From a bacterium HR34 (GTDB taxonomy: Bacteria; Patescibacteriota; Minisyncoccia; Minisyncoccales; HRBIN34), in assembly GCA_002923395.1 (NCBI GenBank), contig BEIK01000003.1, forward strand, positions 2,337-66,336: DNA of 64,000 bases, written 5' to 3'. The stretch's first letter is position 1. Each line of letters begins with the position of its first letter. Under the pieces are notes generated by a model. That model did not search any database, was not told the DNA's origin, and saw only the letters and a list, made by a program, of their open reading frames with translations. Below, piece after piece: positions 52,732 to 63,058 of the stretch. The translations under genes were made by a program, and so were the position numbers.

Positions 52732-54555
52732 TTAAGATTGATTTTGCGTTCCACCTTGCCTGTATAGTTTTTCTCCTATAGATGACAATAACTTTGATAA
52801 TTCATCTGTTTTTTGTTTTATTGTTTGTATATCCTCTGTATTTTCTGCGTTTTTTAATTCGTTTATTTTGTTTTCTAATTCTTGTTTGTCTTCCGGAGAT
52901 ATTTTATTAGCATTTTCCTTTAAGGTTTTTTCTGCTGTATAAATCAAGTTTTCAGCAATGTTTCTTGCTTCTGTTAATTCTTTCTTTCTTTTATCTTCCT
53001 CTAAGTGCTCTTCTGCTTCTTTTTTCATTCTTTCTATTTCTTCTTTTGATAAACCAGTTGCTCCTTCTATTCTAATAGATTGACTTCTCCCCGTTGCTTT
53101 ATCTTTTGCGGTAACACTTAAAATTCCGTTTGAATCGATATCAAAAGTAACTTCTATTTGAGGTACCCCTCTTGGTGCTGGTGGTATTCCATCTAGGATA
53201 AATCTCCCCAAACTTTTATTATCCTTTGCCATTGGCCTTTCACCTTGTACTACATGAACTTCTACTGATGTTTGATTGTCAGCAGCAGTTGTAAATATTT
53301 GACTTTTCCTTGTTGGTATTGTAGTATTTTTTGGAATAATTATTGTATTTATTCCACCATAGGTTTCAACACCTAGAGATAAAGGAGTAACATCAAGCAA
53401 TAAAATGCTTTTTACATCACCCTTTATTATTGCTGCCTGTATTGCAGCGCCTACTGCGACAACTTCATCTGGATTTATGGACCTATTAGGTTCTTTATTG
53501 AACATTTCTCTAAGCGCTTGCTGAATAGCCGGCATTCGTGTCTGCCCACCAACTAGAATAATCTCGTTTATATCTTCTTTTTTTAATTTAGCTTCTTTTA
53601 ACGTTTGTTCAACAAGTTCTATTGATCTACTAATATAAGGTCTTACCATCTGCTCTAATTGAGCTCTTAAAAGTTTATAGTTCAAATGTTTTGGACCAGA
53701 AGCGTCTGAACTTATAAAGGGAAGGTTTATTTCTGTTTCCATTGCAGATGATAATTCCATTTTTGCTTTTTCAGCAGCTTCTTTTAATCTTTGCAAAGCA
53801 AGAGGGTCCTTTGAAAGGTCTATTCCTTCATCTTTCTTGAATTGCTCTATTAACCACTCCATTATTTTTTTATCAAAATCGTCTCCCCCCAGATGGTTAT
53901 CTCCACCTGTTGCGATTACTTGTATTGTATCTTCTGATACTTCAAGAATTGAAATATCTAATGTTCCTCCTCCAAAGTCATATACTAATATTCTTTCATC
54001 TTTTTTCTTATCAAAACCATAAGCTAGGGCAGCTGCTGTAGGTTCATTTATAACTCTTAAAACATTAAATCCTGCTATTTCACCTGCAATCTTAGTTGCC
54101 TTTCTTTGGCTATCATCAAAATAAGCAGGACAGGTAATAACAACATCAGTAATTTTTTCTCCTAACCTTTCTTCGGCATCTATTCTTAATTTTTGCAATA
54201 TTTTTGCTGATATTTCTTCTGGAGTATACCATTTATCCCCCATCTTAACTTCGCATCCGCCAGTTTTCGACTCCCTCACTTCATATGGTAACATCTTAAT
54301 ATCTCTTTGCACTTCTGGATCAGAAAATCTTCTTCCTATTAACCTTTTTATTGAAAATATTGTGTTTTTAGGGTTTACTATTTGCTGTCTTTTAGCCAAT
54401 ACTCCAACTAAGAGTTCTCCATTTTTTGACATAGCAACAACCGAAGGAGTTGTTCTTCCACCTTCTTTATTTTCTATTATTTTTGGTTGGCCACCTTCTA
54501 CAGTAGCCATTGCAGAATTAGTTGTTCCTAAATCTATTCCTAATATTTTTTCCAT
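52732..54555 (-). CDS. dnaK: Chaperone DnaK
   Basis: [58 protein letters not shown]. Confidence 0.98.
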   Translation of the reverse strand: MEKILGIDLGTTNSAMATVEGGQPKIIENKEGGRTTPSVVAMSKNGELLVGVLAKRQQIVNPKNTIFSIKRLIGRRFSDPEVQRDIKMLPYEVRESKTGGCEVKMGDKWYTPEEISAKILQKLRIDAEERLGEKITDVVITCPAYFDDSQRKATKIAGEIAGFNVLRVINEPTAAALAYGFDKKKDERILVYDFGGGTLDISILEVSEDTIQVIATGGDNHLGGDDFDKKIMEWLIEQFKKDEGIDLSKDPLALQRLKEAAEKAKMELSSAMETEINLPFISSDASGPKHLNYKLLRAQLEQMVRPYISRSIELVEQTLKEAKLKKEDINEIILVGGQTRMPAIQQALREMFNKEPNRSINPDEVVAVGAAIQAAIIKGDVKSILLLDVTPLSLGVETYGGINTIIIPKNTTIPTRKSQIFTTAADNQTSVEVHVVQGERPMAKDNKSLGRFILDGIPPAPRGVPQIEVTFDIDSNGILSVTAKDKATGRSQSIRIEGATGLSKEEIERMKKEAEEHLEEDKRKKELTEARNIAENLIYTAEKTLKENANKISPEDKQELENKINELKNAENTEDIQTIKQKTDELSKLLSSIGEKLYRQGGTQNQS

Positions 54556-54575
54556 ATCTTTAAAGTTAATTATTA

Positions 54576-54623
54576 ATCTTTAAGGTTGCTCCCAAGTTTT
54601 CTTGGGAGCAAGACTTAAAGATT
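54576..54623. other. Intergenic hairpin between hsp20 and dnaK (attenuator or mRNA-stabilising stem)
   Basis: TTGCTCCCAAG-TTTT-CTTGGGAGCAA (54586-54611) with outer AATCTTTAAG/CTTAAAGATT. Confidence 0.55.
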
Positions 54624-55065
54624 AACCTTTAACTTTTATTTTTCTTCCTCCTTCTACTTTCTTCTCTTCTTTTTTTGGCATTACAACCTTGAGGATTCCG
54701 TTTTTATATTCTGCTTCAATTTCATCTTCTTTTACCTCAGCTGGCAACATAACAGTTCTTGCTTGATATGTGCTTGATATTTCTTTTCTATAAAAGTCTT
54801 TCCCCCTTTCTTCTTTTTCTTCCTCTACTTTCCCCTCTATTCTTAAAACACCATCTTTTATTTCAACGTTTATGTCTTCTGGTTTTAGGCCTGGCATTTC
54901 AGCTTCAACTACTAAATTTTCATCTTTTTCATACATATTTATTCTTGGAACTTTTTTTAATCCAATGGTTCTCGGCAATATATTTCCTAAAGGAGACACC
55001 AACTCTGGAAATTCTTCATCAAACCATCTTTCTAATTCATAAAATGATCTTGGTACTAAAGTCAT
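54622..55065 (-). CDS. Hsp20/alpha-crystallin small heat-shock protein
   Basis: P.INMYE...LVVEAEMPGL..EDI.V, LP.EV...I.AEYKNGILKV.MPK, RKIKV. Confidence 0.93.
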   Translation of the reverse strand: MTLVPRSFYELERWFDEEFPELVSPLGNILPRTIGLKKVPRINMYEKDENLVVEAEMPGLKPEDINVEIKDGVLRIEGKVEEEKEERGKDFYRKEISSTYQARTVMLPAEVKEDEIEAEYKNGILKVVMPKKEEKKVEGGRKIKVKG

Positions 55066-55106
55066 ATTTTTTATTTTATTGGTTTATAATGCGACCTTCT
55101 TTATTT

Positions 55107-55628
55107 TTATTGTTTTGGTATGCCAACTTTAACTTTTGCAGGTCTTAAAACTTCTTTGTTTATGTAATAACCTTTTTGTAAAACTTCAATTACTACGATT
55201 TCTTTGTAATCTTCTGACTGCTTTTTTTCAATTGCCTCGTGCAAATATTCTGAAAATTTATCACCTTCTTTCACGTTAATTTCCTCAACTCCCAACTCTT
55301 TCATTAACTGCTCTATCTGTTTTTTTACTTCCATAAAGCCTTTGATTGTGTTATTTTTTTTATCATCCTCTGTAAGATATTTTTCTGAAAATTCTAAATT
55401 ATCAAGTATGGGAAGTAGTTTTAAAGCAAATTTTTTTCTTGCGTTATTGACAAATTCCAGGAATCTTTTTTCCTCATCTTTTCTAAAGTTTTCAAAATTC
55501 GCTCTTTCTCTTTTCCATCCTTCTAAATACTCTTCCTTTTCTTTTTTGCACAAATCAAGTTCCCTTTTAATTTTTTCTAATTCTTTTATTTCGTCCTCAT
55601 CTATTTTGTTGTTTTTCTCATCTGCCAT
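55107..55628 (-). CDS. grpE: Nucleotide exchange factor GrpE
   Basis: RERANFENFRK, LLPILDNLE, HEAI, QKGY....VLRPAKVKV. Confidence 0.95.
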   Translation of the reverse strand: MADEKNNKIDEDEIKELEKIKRELDLCKKEKEEYLEGWKRERANFENFRKDEEKRFLEFVNNARKKFALKLLPILDNLEFSEKYLTEDDKKNNTIKGFMEVKKQIEQLMKELGVEEINVKEGDKFSEYLHEAIEKKQSEDYKEIVVIEVLQKGYYINKEVLRPAKVKVGIPKQ

Positions 55629-55632
55629 AATT

Positions 55633-56340
55633 TTATATATTTTCTAAAGCTTTTAATATTTTTAATAATCTTTCATAATCAGTTCTTAAAAATCCTGAAA
55701 ATACTATTATTTTGCTTTCTCTTTTGTTTTCTATTTTTGATATTGCCAATGTTATATTATTTGTTTTAAGTTCTTTTTTTATGATATCACCTATAAATAT
55801 CGCGGGAATCTCTTTTAAGTCGTCTAATAAACAATCTATTTCCTCTTCTATCTTTTTTACTGTTGAAATGAAGTTTTTAATGTATTCTGGATTTTCTGTT
55901 TCTGGCTCATCTAAAATAGTATCCCATAAGCCTTCGTAAACATACCTTTCCTTTACATCGTATACTATCGTGAGTAAGTTAGCTATCGAAGACATTTTTT
56001 TTGCCAAAGATTGGGGGTTTTCTCCAAATTTTTCTATTAAACTTTTTATTTCTTGTACATATTTATTTTCTTGAACATCATTTATTTCCTGCAACTTTTT
56101 TTCTACAAATAATTTATAACCTTTTTTAGTTGGTACTCTTCCACCAGATGTGTGAGGTTGCGAAATAAATCCTTTTTCTCCTAAAGTTTGCATTTCTTTT
56201 CTTATTAAAGGAGCTGAGATTTCCAATCCAAAATTTCTCTTAAACACCTTTTCTAAGTGCTTTGAAGCAACTGGTTTGCAGTTTTTAACATAGTTCTCTA
56301 TTATATTTTCCAATATAAACATTTGCCTTTCTGTTATCAT
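55633..56340 (-). CDS. hrcA: Heat-inducible transcription repressor HrcA (short form)
   Basis: TERQ..IL..I...Y.....PVAS, S...IR.EM..L...GFI.QPHTSGGRVPT.KGY; heads the grpE-dnaK operon. Confidence 0.88.
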   Translation of the reverse strand: MITERQMFILENIIENYVKNCKPVASKHLEKVFKRNFGLEISAPLIRKEMQTLGEKGFISQPHTSGGRVPTKKGYKLFVEKKLQEINDVQENKYVQEIKSLIEKFGENPQSLAKKMSSIANLLTIVYDVKERYVYEGLWDTILDEPETENPEYIKNFISTVKKIEEEIDCLLDDLKEIPAIFIGDIIKKELKTNNITLAISKIENKRESKIIVFSGFLRTDYERLLKILKALENI

Positions 56341-56359
56341 AGTTTTACCTTATACTTAA

Positions 56360-56397
56360 ATTTTAAGGCTTTATCACTCTAATGTCAAGAGTGATAC
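56360..56397 (-). promoter_or_regulatory. Variant CIRCE operator overlapping the hrcA promoter
   Basis: TTATCACTC-N9-GAGTGATAC (56371-56397) versus canonical TTAGCACTC-N9-GAGTGCTAA; minus-strand TTGACA 56388-56383, 17-nt spacer, TAAAAT 56365-56360. Confidence 0.85.
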
Positions 56398-56408
56398 TAT
56401 AAAAGATT

Positions 56409-57302
56409 TTATTTGTTTTTTCCTAAAAGGTTTACAAGAGAGGCTGCAAAAAATATAGACGAGTATGTTCCCACTGATATTCCGACAATCAATACCAAAG
56501 AGAATAACTTAAGGCTTTCAGGACCAAAAACATACAAACTTGCCACTGCTGCTATAGTAGTTAAAGAAGTTGTTAATGATCTCAAGAGAACTTGATTTAA
56601 AGCCTTGTCTAAAGTGTTGGAGAAAGATAAATTACCTTCTTTTAGTAAATTTTCTCTTACCCTATCAAATATTATAATAGTGTCATTAATACAATAACCA
56701 AGAATTATTAAAAACGCTGTTATAATAGGTATTGTTATTTGAACATCTTGATGTTGAGAAATAAAAGCAAGAAAGCCCAAAGGAATGATAATATCGTGAA
56801 TTAAAGTTAATATGGTTATTAAAGAGTATTTAAAGGATGGGACGGGATATTTTAACTGCCTAAAAGCCATTGCTATATAAATAAACATGGCAACTAAAGA
56901 GACCACTATTGCTATTACTGACTTTTGTTTTAACTCTTCGCTTATCACCGGGCCTATATTATCTAAACTAACTTCTTGCACCTGCCATTTTTTATTAATA
57001 TAGTTTAATATATCTTGATATTCCTGTTGATCTAAAAACTTCGTCTTAATAATAAAAGTGCCATTATTCGTTTCGTTTATATAAAATTCTTTTAGACCTA
57101 ATTCTTCTAATGTTTTTTGTAAATTATCTTTCGATATCTGATTTTCTTGAAGTTTTATTGGTTTGATTTCCAAAGAACTTCCTCCCGTGAATTCTATTCC
57201 AAAATTCAAACCAAAAAATAATATAGAGAAAATACTCAACGCCATTAAAACAAAACTGATGTTTACAAAAATTTTACTATATCTTGAAAAATTTATGAAC
57301 AT
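56409..57302 (-). CDS. secF: Protein translocase subunit SecF
   Basis: LNFGIEFTGGS, IGP.IS.EL, HD, GYCINDTIIIFDRVREN, GTYSSIF. Confidence 0.95.
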   Translation of the reverse strand: MFINFSRYSKIFVNISFVLMALSIFSILFFGLNFGIEFTGGSSLEIKPIKLQENQISKDNLQKTLEELGLKEFYINETNNGTFIIKTKFLDQQEYQDILNYINKKWQVQEVSLDNIGPVISEELKQKSVIAIVVSLVAMFIYIAMAFRQLKYPVPSFKYSLITILTLIHDIIIPLGFLAFISQHQDVQITIPIITAFLIILGYCINDTIIIFDRVRENLLKEGNLSFSNTLDKALNQVLLRSLTTSLTTIAAVASLYVFGPESLKLFSLVLIVGISVGTYSSIFFAASLVNLLGKNK

Positions 57303-57306
57303 AATT

Positions 57307-58707
57307 TTATACTATTATTCTCTTATGTTTTTCTAAAAAGCTGCATATAAATGTTTTTAAAAAAACTTTCTGTACAATTAAAGCGTTTATTAAACTTAAT
57401 ATAATTCCCAAAGATAATGTTATCGCAAAACCTCTTAAAAAAGATGTTCCAATAAAGAACATAATACCTGCTGTTAAAAGTGTTGTTATGTTAGCGTCTC
57501 TTATAGCTGGCATTGCCCTTCTAAATCCCTCTATTATAGCAACATTTATGCTTTTACCCTCCATTAACTCCTCTTTAATTCTAGAAACTATCAAAATGTT
57601 AGCGTCAACAGCCATACCAATTGATAAAATAATTCCTCCTATTGAAGCTAAAGTTAAGGTTATTCCAGATAGTTTTATAATCGCAAGCAATGAAATTATG
57701 AAAAATACCAATGTTAAAATGATTGTGAAACCTGAAAATCTATAAACTACCAGCAATATTATTGAAATAATTAAAAACGTCCACAAACCTGCTTCTACTG
57801 ATTTTTGTAGCGACTCCTGTCCCAAACCAGCTTCGACTTTTCCTTGAGATACTAATTTTATAGGAACAGGAAGGGCACCAGCATTTAAATTCCTTACAAG
57901 CTCTTTTGCTTCTTCTATTGTAAAATTTCCTGTTATTTGAGCTGATCCTCCTGTTATCTTTTGTTGTACAATAGGCGCTGATAATAATTGGTTATCTATA
58001 TATATTGCCAAAGGTTTTCCTACGTTTTTTTCTGTAATTCCTTCAAAAATTTTAGCACCCTCGTCGTTGAACTGAATTAAAATTATTGGTTTTCCTACTG
58101 TATTATCAAAGGCAAGAGTTGCTTTTTTGAAATATTTTCCTGTGAGTTCAGTTGGTTTAAAATAAGGGTCTTCAAAAGCAAGCGAAAAGTTTTCTATTTT
58201 TGTTATGTCTTCGTTATTTTGCAAAGCTTCCCTTACCTTTTCCTTAATTTCTATAATTTTTTGGATTTCTTGTTCATCTCTTGGTTCTCTGAATTCCAAG
58301 AAAGGAGTTTTGCCTATAATGTTTTGAGCCTGTGTTACGTCCAAAACGCCTGGTAACTCTATTATTAATCTATATTTATCCCTTCCTGTTTGAGTTTGTA
58401 TGGATGGTTCTGTAACACCAAAGAAATTCACTCTTTTTTCAATGACATCTTTTAACCCTTCTAAGATATCTTTCCTTTCTTTTTCTGGTATTTGAGACAT
58501 ATCAGCTTCATAAACAAAGTGAATACCTCCTTGCAAATCAAGGCCTAATTTATAATCTTTTTCAACTGCTTTTGGTAATTGAAAACCTATTTTAGAAGCC
58601 AGTTGATCTGCTAATTGGTTATACTTTTGAGGATAAACAAAAATTCCTCCTAATATAATTAATCCAAAAATAAAAAAAGTAATTAGTGCGTAAAAAACTC
58701 TTTTCAT
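57307..58707 (-). CDS. secD: Protein translocase subunit SecD
   Basis: LGLDLQGG, RVN.FGV.EP, GALPVP, IGMAVDANILI..RIKEE, DANITT. Confidence 0.95.
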   Translation of the reverse strand: MKRVFYALITFFIFGLIILGGIFVYPQKYNQLADQLASKIGFQLPKAVEKDYKLGLDLQGGIHFVYEADMSQIPEKERKDILEGLKDVIEKRVNFFGVTEPSIQTQTGRDKYRLIIELPGVLDVTQAQNIIGKTPFLEFREPRDEQEIQKIIEIKEKVREALQNNEDITKIENFSLAFEDPYFKPTELTGKYFKKATLAFDNTVGKPIILIQFNDEGAKIFEGITEKNVGKPLAIYIDNQLLSAPIVQQKITGGSAQITGNFTIEEAKELVRNLNAGALPVPIKLVSQGKVEAGLGQESLQKSVEAGLWTFLIISIILLVVYRFSGFTIILTLVFFIISLLAIIKLSGITLTLASIGGIILSIGMAVDANILIVSRIKEELMEGKSINVAIIEGFRRAMPAIRDANITTLLTAGIMFFIGTSFLRGFAITLSLGIILSLINALIVQKVFLKTFICSFLEKHKRIIV

Positions 58708-58713
58708 AAGAAA

Positions 58714-58797
58714 TTAAAAACCTCCTCTTAAAAATAATGAAAATCCTACAAAGAAAATCATTCCAGCCACTATGAGGCCTGCTATGTCACCTTTCAT
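58714..58797 (-). CDS. 27-aa single-TM micropeptide immediately upstream of secD (unannotated)
   Basis: MKGDIAGLIVAGMIFFVGFSLFLRGGF*; stop codon 6 nt before the secD ATG. Confidence 0.55.
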   Translation of the reverse strand: MKGDIAGLIVAGMIFFVGFSLFLRGGF

Positions 58798-58897
58798 ATA
58801 ATTAAGTTATTTAATCTTATTTTTATAAATATTAACTCTTTTTATAAAAAAAATCAACCCCCTTTTGAAAGGAAGTGAAAAATTCTATCCACAGTTT

Positions 58898-59605
58898 TTA
58901 TTGTTTTTTCTCGCTTATTCTGTTTTTCCATTCACGAAGGATTTCTGCTGCAATATCTTTTCCTCCCAAACCAAAAGCTAATCCTCCTGCTATTACTAAA
59001 AACGCAACTAAACCTTTGTATAGTATAATCAATGGTTCTGACTCTATTCCTATTTGCTTTAATATTATAACTATTGCAACTAACCATACAAACCATCTTA
59101 TTCCAGTCTCTACAACTTTTCCATAAGCCAAATTTAATCCCTCTACCCACATTCTTCCAATTTTAGACAAATAATTCCCTATAACAGCTGCCAATATAAA
59201 CATTATGATGGCGGCTATTATATTAGGCAACCATGATACTACCTTTTCCAAAAAATTAGAAAATTCTTTGAACCCAAGAAGGTCTACTGCTGCAAACAAG
59301 AATATTATTATTAAGATCCATTTAACAATAGAACCTATCAATGCTGATGGATCTACTTTCCATTCTGATTTTTCTAAAATTTTTGTCCATCCTATCTTTT
59401 CGAAAAGATGATTGAATTTTATTACCTCCAAAATTCTGCTTACAAATTTTCCCATTAAAGCAGATATAAAAACTCCTATTGCAAAAACTATAATTGCTCC
59501 AATAATTGATGGTAAGTATCCTAAAATTTGCGACCCTAATTGATTAAAAGTTTGAGTTAAAGGGTCTACAAACGCATTAACTCCTACACTGTTGATGTGT
59601 TCCAT
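58898..59605 (-). CDS. CmpX-like / MscS-associated TM-helix repeat membrane protein
   Basis: Two repeats YLPSIIGAIIVF / WLPNIIAAIIMF; GLAFGLGGKD. Confidence 0.8.
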   Translation of the reverse strand: MEHINSVGVNAFVDPLTQTFNQLGSQILGYLPSIIGAIIVFAIGVFISALMGKFVSRILEVIKFNHLFEKIGWTKILEKSEWKVDPSALIGSIVKWILIIIFLFAAVDLLGFKEFSNFLEKVVSWLPNIIAAIIMFILAAVIGNYLSKIGRMWVEGLNLAYGKVVETGIRWFVWLVAIVIILKQIGIESEPLIILYKGLVAFLVIAGGLAFGLGGKDIAAEILREWKNRISEKKQ

Positions 59606-59772
59606 AGTTTTTATTTTAATAATTTTAATTAAGAAATTTTTAAAACGACCTTTATTAAAATAATTGTCTCATACTGAAAATACCTGTCAATAAAAAAAAT
59701 TAAAACTTATTTCTTGAAATTGTTTTAATGTGCTAAAATATATTAGAAACATATTTATTTACGGTAAATAAA

Positions 59773-60558
59773 ATGCAAGTTCTGGAATTAGTTTCTCATA
59801 AAAAATCAAATACCTTTATATCAGATGTTTTTAGTCTTGAAGATGAAAATCTAAATTTTTTTCTAGTTGGTAAATACAAAATTTCAGACAAAAAAGATAT
59901 TGAATCTAAGATTTTAAACAACATCGCCTTACTTGCGAATGAAATTTTACACTTAAAAATACCTAACCCAGAAGAACTTTTTTATTATATGCTTTCTAAA
60001 ATAAACGAACACCTTATTAACTTATCAAAAATTCAAAAAATAGATTTTTTAAAAAATTTGTCTTTGGCTTTGGTTTTAATTGACTTTTCTTCTCAAGAAT
60101 ATAAAATTTTGTTTTCCAAAAAGGGCGATATTAAAATTTTATTGAAAAATGAAAAAGAAATTTTGGATTTATCAGAAAACTTTGAGGAGATATCTTTTTC
60201 TCAAGATTTTTTTAAAAACATAGGAGTTGGTGCTGTCAGCCCTGGCAATGTTTTATTTGTGTTAACTAATGAATTTATTGTAAACTTGCAGGAGAAAGAT
60301 TTAGATGAAGAGTTTTTTTCTTGTGATAATTGGATTGATTTTTGGAAATTTTCAAAGTTTTACAAAAAGAAAATTTTAAGCAATTCTGAATCTTGTGGAA
60401 TAATTGCAATTTTTACAGAAGAAAAACTTCTAAGATCACTAAAAGAAAGACAAAGTTTTCTTAAAAAGATGTTTTTTAGTAAAATAGGTTTGATAATAGT
60501 TTTTATAATAATTTTATTAATCGGGTTTTTTTATAATCATTTTATTAACAAAACTTAA
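59773..60558 (+). CDS. Hypothetical protein with C-terminal TM, possibly a degenerate PP2C-like fold
   Basis: 261-aa ORF; weak GDI..LL and LFVLT pattern. Confidence 0.55.
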   Translation: MQVLELVSHKKSNTFISDVFSLEDENLNFFLVGKYKISDKKDIESKILNNIALLANEILHLKIPNPEELFYYMLSKINEHLINLSKIQKIDFLKNLSLALVLIDFSSQEYKILFSKKGDIKILLKNEKEILDLSENFEEISFSQDFFKNIGVGAVSPGNVLFVLTNEFIVNLQEKDLDEEFFSCDNWIDFWKFSKFYKKKILSNSESCGIIAIFTEEKLLRSLKERQSFLKKMFFSKIGLIIVFIIILLIGFFYNHFINKT

Positions 60559-60586
60559 AAACTCCCCTGTTTTAAGGGGAGTCTTT
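60557..60586. terminator. Bidirectional terminator between convergent genes
   Basis: ACTCCCCT-GTTTTA-AGGGGAGT flanked by A/T runs. Confidence 0.7.
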
Positions 60587-60612
60587 AAGCCATCTTTTGA
60601 TTTTGATTTAGA

Positions 60613-61062
60613 TTATCTCAACTCTGCTTTTCCTCCTGCTGCTTCAATTTTCTTTTTGATTTCTTCTGCTTCTTCTTTCTTAACTCCTTGTTTTAAAACT
60701 TGTTCGCCTTTAGCTAAACTGTCAACAAAGTCTTTTGCTTCTTTCAATCCCTTACCTGTTACATCTCTTACTACTTTTATCATTTCAATTTTCTTATCGC
60801 CTGCTGATGTAATTACAACATCAAAACTTGTTTTCTCTTCACCACCCTCTTTTGTTTCGCCTGCTGTTCCACCTGCTGCTGGAGCCGCTGCTACTGCAAC
60901 AGCCGCTTGCGCAGATACACCAAATTTCTTTTCCAATATTTTAACTAACTCTGCAAGATCTAAAACTGTCATTTTCTCAATTTCTTCTACTATGTTTTTG
61001 AATTTTTCAGGAACTTGAACTTCCTGTTCTTGGTTTTCTTCTGTTTTTTGTTCATCTGCCAT
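60613..61062 (-). CDS. rplL: 50S ribosomal protein L7/L12
   Basis: [43 protein letters not shown]. Confidence 0.96.
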   Translation of the reverse strand: MADEQKTEENQEQEVQVPEKFKNIVEEIEKMTVLDLAELVKILEKKFGVSAQAAVAVAAAPAAGGTAGETKEGGEEKTSFDVVITSAGDKKIEMIKVVRDVTGKGLKEAKDFVDSLAKGEQVLKQGVKKEEAEEIKKKIEAAGGKAELR

Positions 61063-61113
61063 AATTTTTATTATTAATTAATTTTAATTTTTAATTTATA
61101 AAAATCGACCATT

Positions 61114-61635
61114 TTATTGTTTTTTCTTTTGTATCTCAGATAAAGCCATAACTAATTTTCTCATATTACCTTGCAGAACATTTTGGAAGCCTGAAATTGG
61201 ATAAGAAAGAAGCCAAATAAGTTTTCCTTGAAGTTCTTTTTTACTGGGCAAGGCTGCTAAAGCCTCTATTTCTTGTTTTTCTTTTAATTCTCCTGCAAAA
61301 ATTCCTCCTAAAATATTAAGTTTTTTAAGTTTTTTTGATATTTTAGAAATTATTTTTACAGGTTCTATTTCATCTTCGAAACCTAAAATCAAACCAAATT
61401 GCCCCTCATATTTTTTTCTATCAAAAGGAATATTAAAATATTTTAAAGCTAATCCTACAAGAGTTTTTTTAACAACTGTGAATATAGCATTTACTTTTTT
61501 TAAGTCCTTTTTTAGCGCCTCTATATCTTTTGTTGCCGTACTCTTAAAGTCAACAAAAACAGCGATTTTTTGTTTCTGAAAATTTTCTTTTAACTGTTCT
61601 AATACTTTTTGTTTTTGTTCTCTTGTTTTTGGCAT
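61114..61635 (-). CDS. rplJ: 50S ribosomal protein L10
   Basis: MPKTREQK, VVKKTL, LAALPSKKEL. Confidence 0.93.
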   Translation of the reverse strand: MPKTREQKQKVLEQLKENFQKQKIAVFVDFKSTATKDIEALKKDLKKVNAIFTVVKKTLVGLALKYFNIPFDRKKYEGQFGLILGFEDEIEPVKIISKISKKLKKLNILGGIFAGELKEKQEIEALAALPSKKELQGKLIWLLSYPISGFQNVLQGNMRKLVMALSEIQKKKQ

Positions 61636-61660
61636 ATTTTTGATATTTGTTTATAAAATT

Positions 61661-61772
61661 AAAAAACTGCCTTTTTCCAAAGACAGCAAAAATTTACACA
61701 ATAACTAATTTTAAAACTTTTGCTTTTCCTCGGCAGGACTTATTTTTGCCTGTTGCCTGCTGTCTTCGGAAA
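61661..61772 (-). promoter_or_regulatory. L10 leader (rplJL autoregulatory RNA)
   Basis: Minus strand CCGAAGACAGCAGG ... CCTGCCGAGG kink-turn-type motif; downstream GCTGTCTTTGG can pair with CCGAAGACAGC or form a hairpin with U tract. Confidence 0.75.
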
Positions 61773-61882
61773 ATAGAAACTTCTGAAAAATAAAAAAAAG
61801 GGAAGAGATTAATAATTAGGTAGGTACCCAGAGTCAATAAGGTCCTTTCTGCTCTGATTCCCCTGGCTCTTTCATACTTTTA

Positions 61883-61930
61883 ATTTTATATAGTCATATA
61901 TTTTTGTCAAGTTTTTGTATGAGATGAGTA
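61883..61930 (-). promoter_or_regulatory. Probable sigma70 promoter of rplJL, preceded by TACTCATCTCATACA
   Basis: Minus strand: motif 61930-61916, 5 nt, TTGACA 61910-61905, 16-nt spacer, TAAAAT 61888-61883. Confidence 0.65.
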
Positions 61931-61953
61931 TAAATCTACTTTGATAAACAATC

Positions 61954-61999
61954 ATTACTTTTCCAACCTTTCACAACCGTGAAAGTGTGAAGAAGTAAT
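61954..61999. repeat. Degenerate hairpin of the TTCAC-N-GTGAA family, copy 4
   Basis: ATTACTT..CTTTCAC-AACC-GTGAAAG..AAGTAAT. Confidence 0.5.
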
Positions 62000-62037
62000 A
62001 AATTTTATTAATCAATTTCAATTATTTCTTTAATTTT

Positions 62038-63042
62038 TTACCTTAAAAATTTAAACTTATTTTGTTTGTGTTCTTCAAAGGTTTTTGAGAAAATCGTTTT
62101 TCTATCTTTTGTTGTTAAATAGAACCAATAGTCTGACTCTATTGGATTTAAGGCTGCTTCTATGCTTTCAATTCCAGGGTTTGCAATCGGAGTTGGAGGA
62201 AGGCCTTTATATTTATATGTGTTGTAAGGAGAGTCAATTTCTAGATCTTTTCCAGATAGAGCCGGCTTTTTTTCTTCAAGAATATAATTTAAGGTTGCAT
62301 CTACTTGCAAGAGCATATTATTTTCAATACGCTTCCATAAAATTCCAGCAACGATTTTTTTGTCTTCTTTATTTTTTACTTCTTTTTCTAAAATAGACGC
62401 TATTTTCAAAACATTGTATAAGTCTTTAATATCTTTACCTTTCAGGTTTTCTTTATAATTTTCATACACTGGAGTTGCTTTTTTCTCAAAGTTTTTTAAC
62501 ATAATTCTAACAAAATTTTTTTCGTCTATCCCAAAGGGAATTTTGTAAGTGTCAGGAAATAAAAATCCTTCCAAACTTTCAGCATCATCTAAGAAAGAAA
62601 ACTCGTCTTTAAAATCTGACGCTTTCAGGTTTGACAATTTTAACTCTATTTTTTCAATATTATATTTTTCTACTATTTCTTTAATTTTTGCGTTTGCAAT
62701 ATCTTCTATTTCTTTTATTGTTTTCCCTTCTGGAATAGTTATATTTATTTCATACTCGGTGCCTTTTGTGAGTTTTTTTATAAGGTTGTAAAGTGTTTCG
62801 TTTTTTTCTATATAATAATAACCTGCCTTCAAATCAGAAAATAAAAGAAAAACAGGCTTCATAAAGATATTTTTAGGTATTATTTTTTGCTGTTCTAAAT
62901 TATTCAAAACCTCAAAAGCGCTCTGCCCCTTTTTCACCTCAAAGATTTTTTCTTTTTGAGTTGTTGTAAAAAGTGTAGAAATAACAATCGATATTAAAAA
63001 CGATATTAAAAATATAATTAATAAAGTGCTTTTAAGACTCAT
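62038..63042 (-). CDS. mltG: Endolytic transglycosylase MltG
   Basis: ITIPEG, LEGFLFPDTY, IASILEKE, LQVDAT, SPYNTYKYKGLPPTPIANPG..SIEAALNP. Confidence 0.95.
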   Translation of the reverse strand: MSLKSTLLIIFLISFLISIVISTLFTTTQKEKIFEVKKGQSAFEVLNNLEQQKIIPKNIFMKPVFLLFSDLKAGYYYIEKNETLYNLIKKLTKGTEYEINITIPEGKTIKEIEDIANAKIKEIVEKYNIEKIELKLSNLKASDFKDEFSFLDDAESLEGFLFPDTYKIPFGIDEKNFVRIMLKNFEKKATPVYENYKENLKGKDIKDLYNVLKIASILEKEVKNKEDKKIVAGILWKRIENNMLLQVDATLNYILEEKKPALSGKDLEIDSPYNTYKYKGLPPTPIANPGIESIEAALNPIESDYWFYLTTKDRKTIFSKTFEEHKQNKFKFLR

Positions 63043-63058
63043 TTTTTTATTAATTGTT

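Noticed and set aside
58885..58893. DnaA-box-like CTATCCACA
   Set aside because: Single mismatched copy, no cluster or dnaA nearby, and gene orientation indicates terminus rather than origin.
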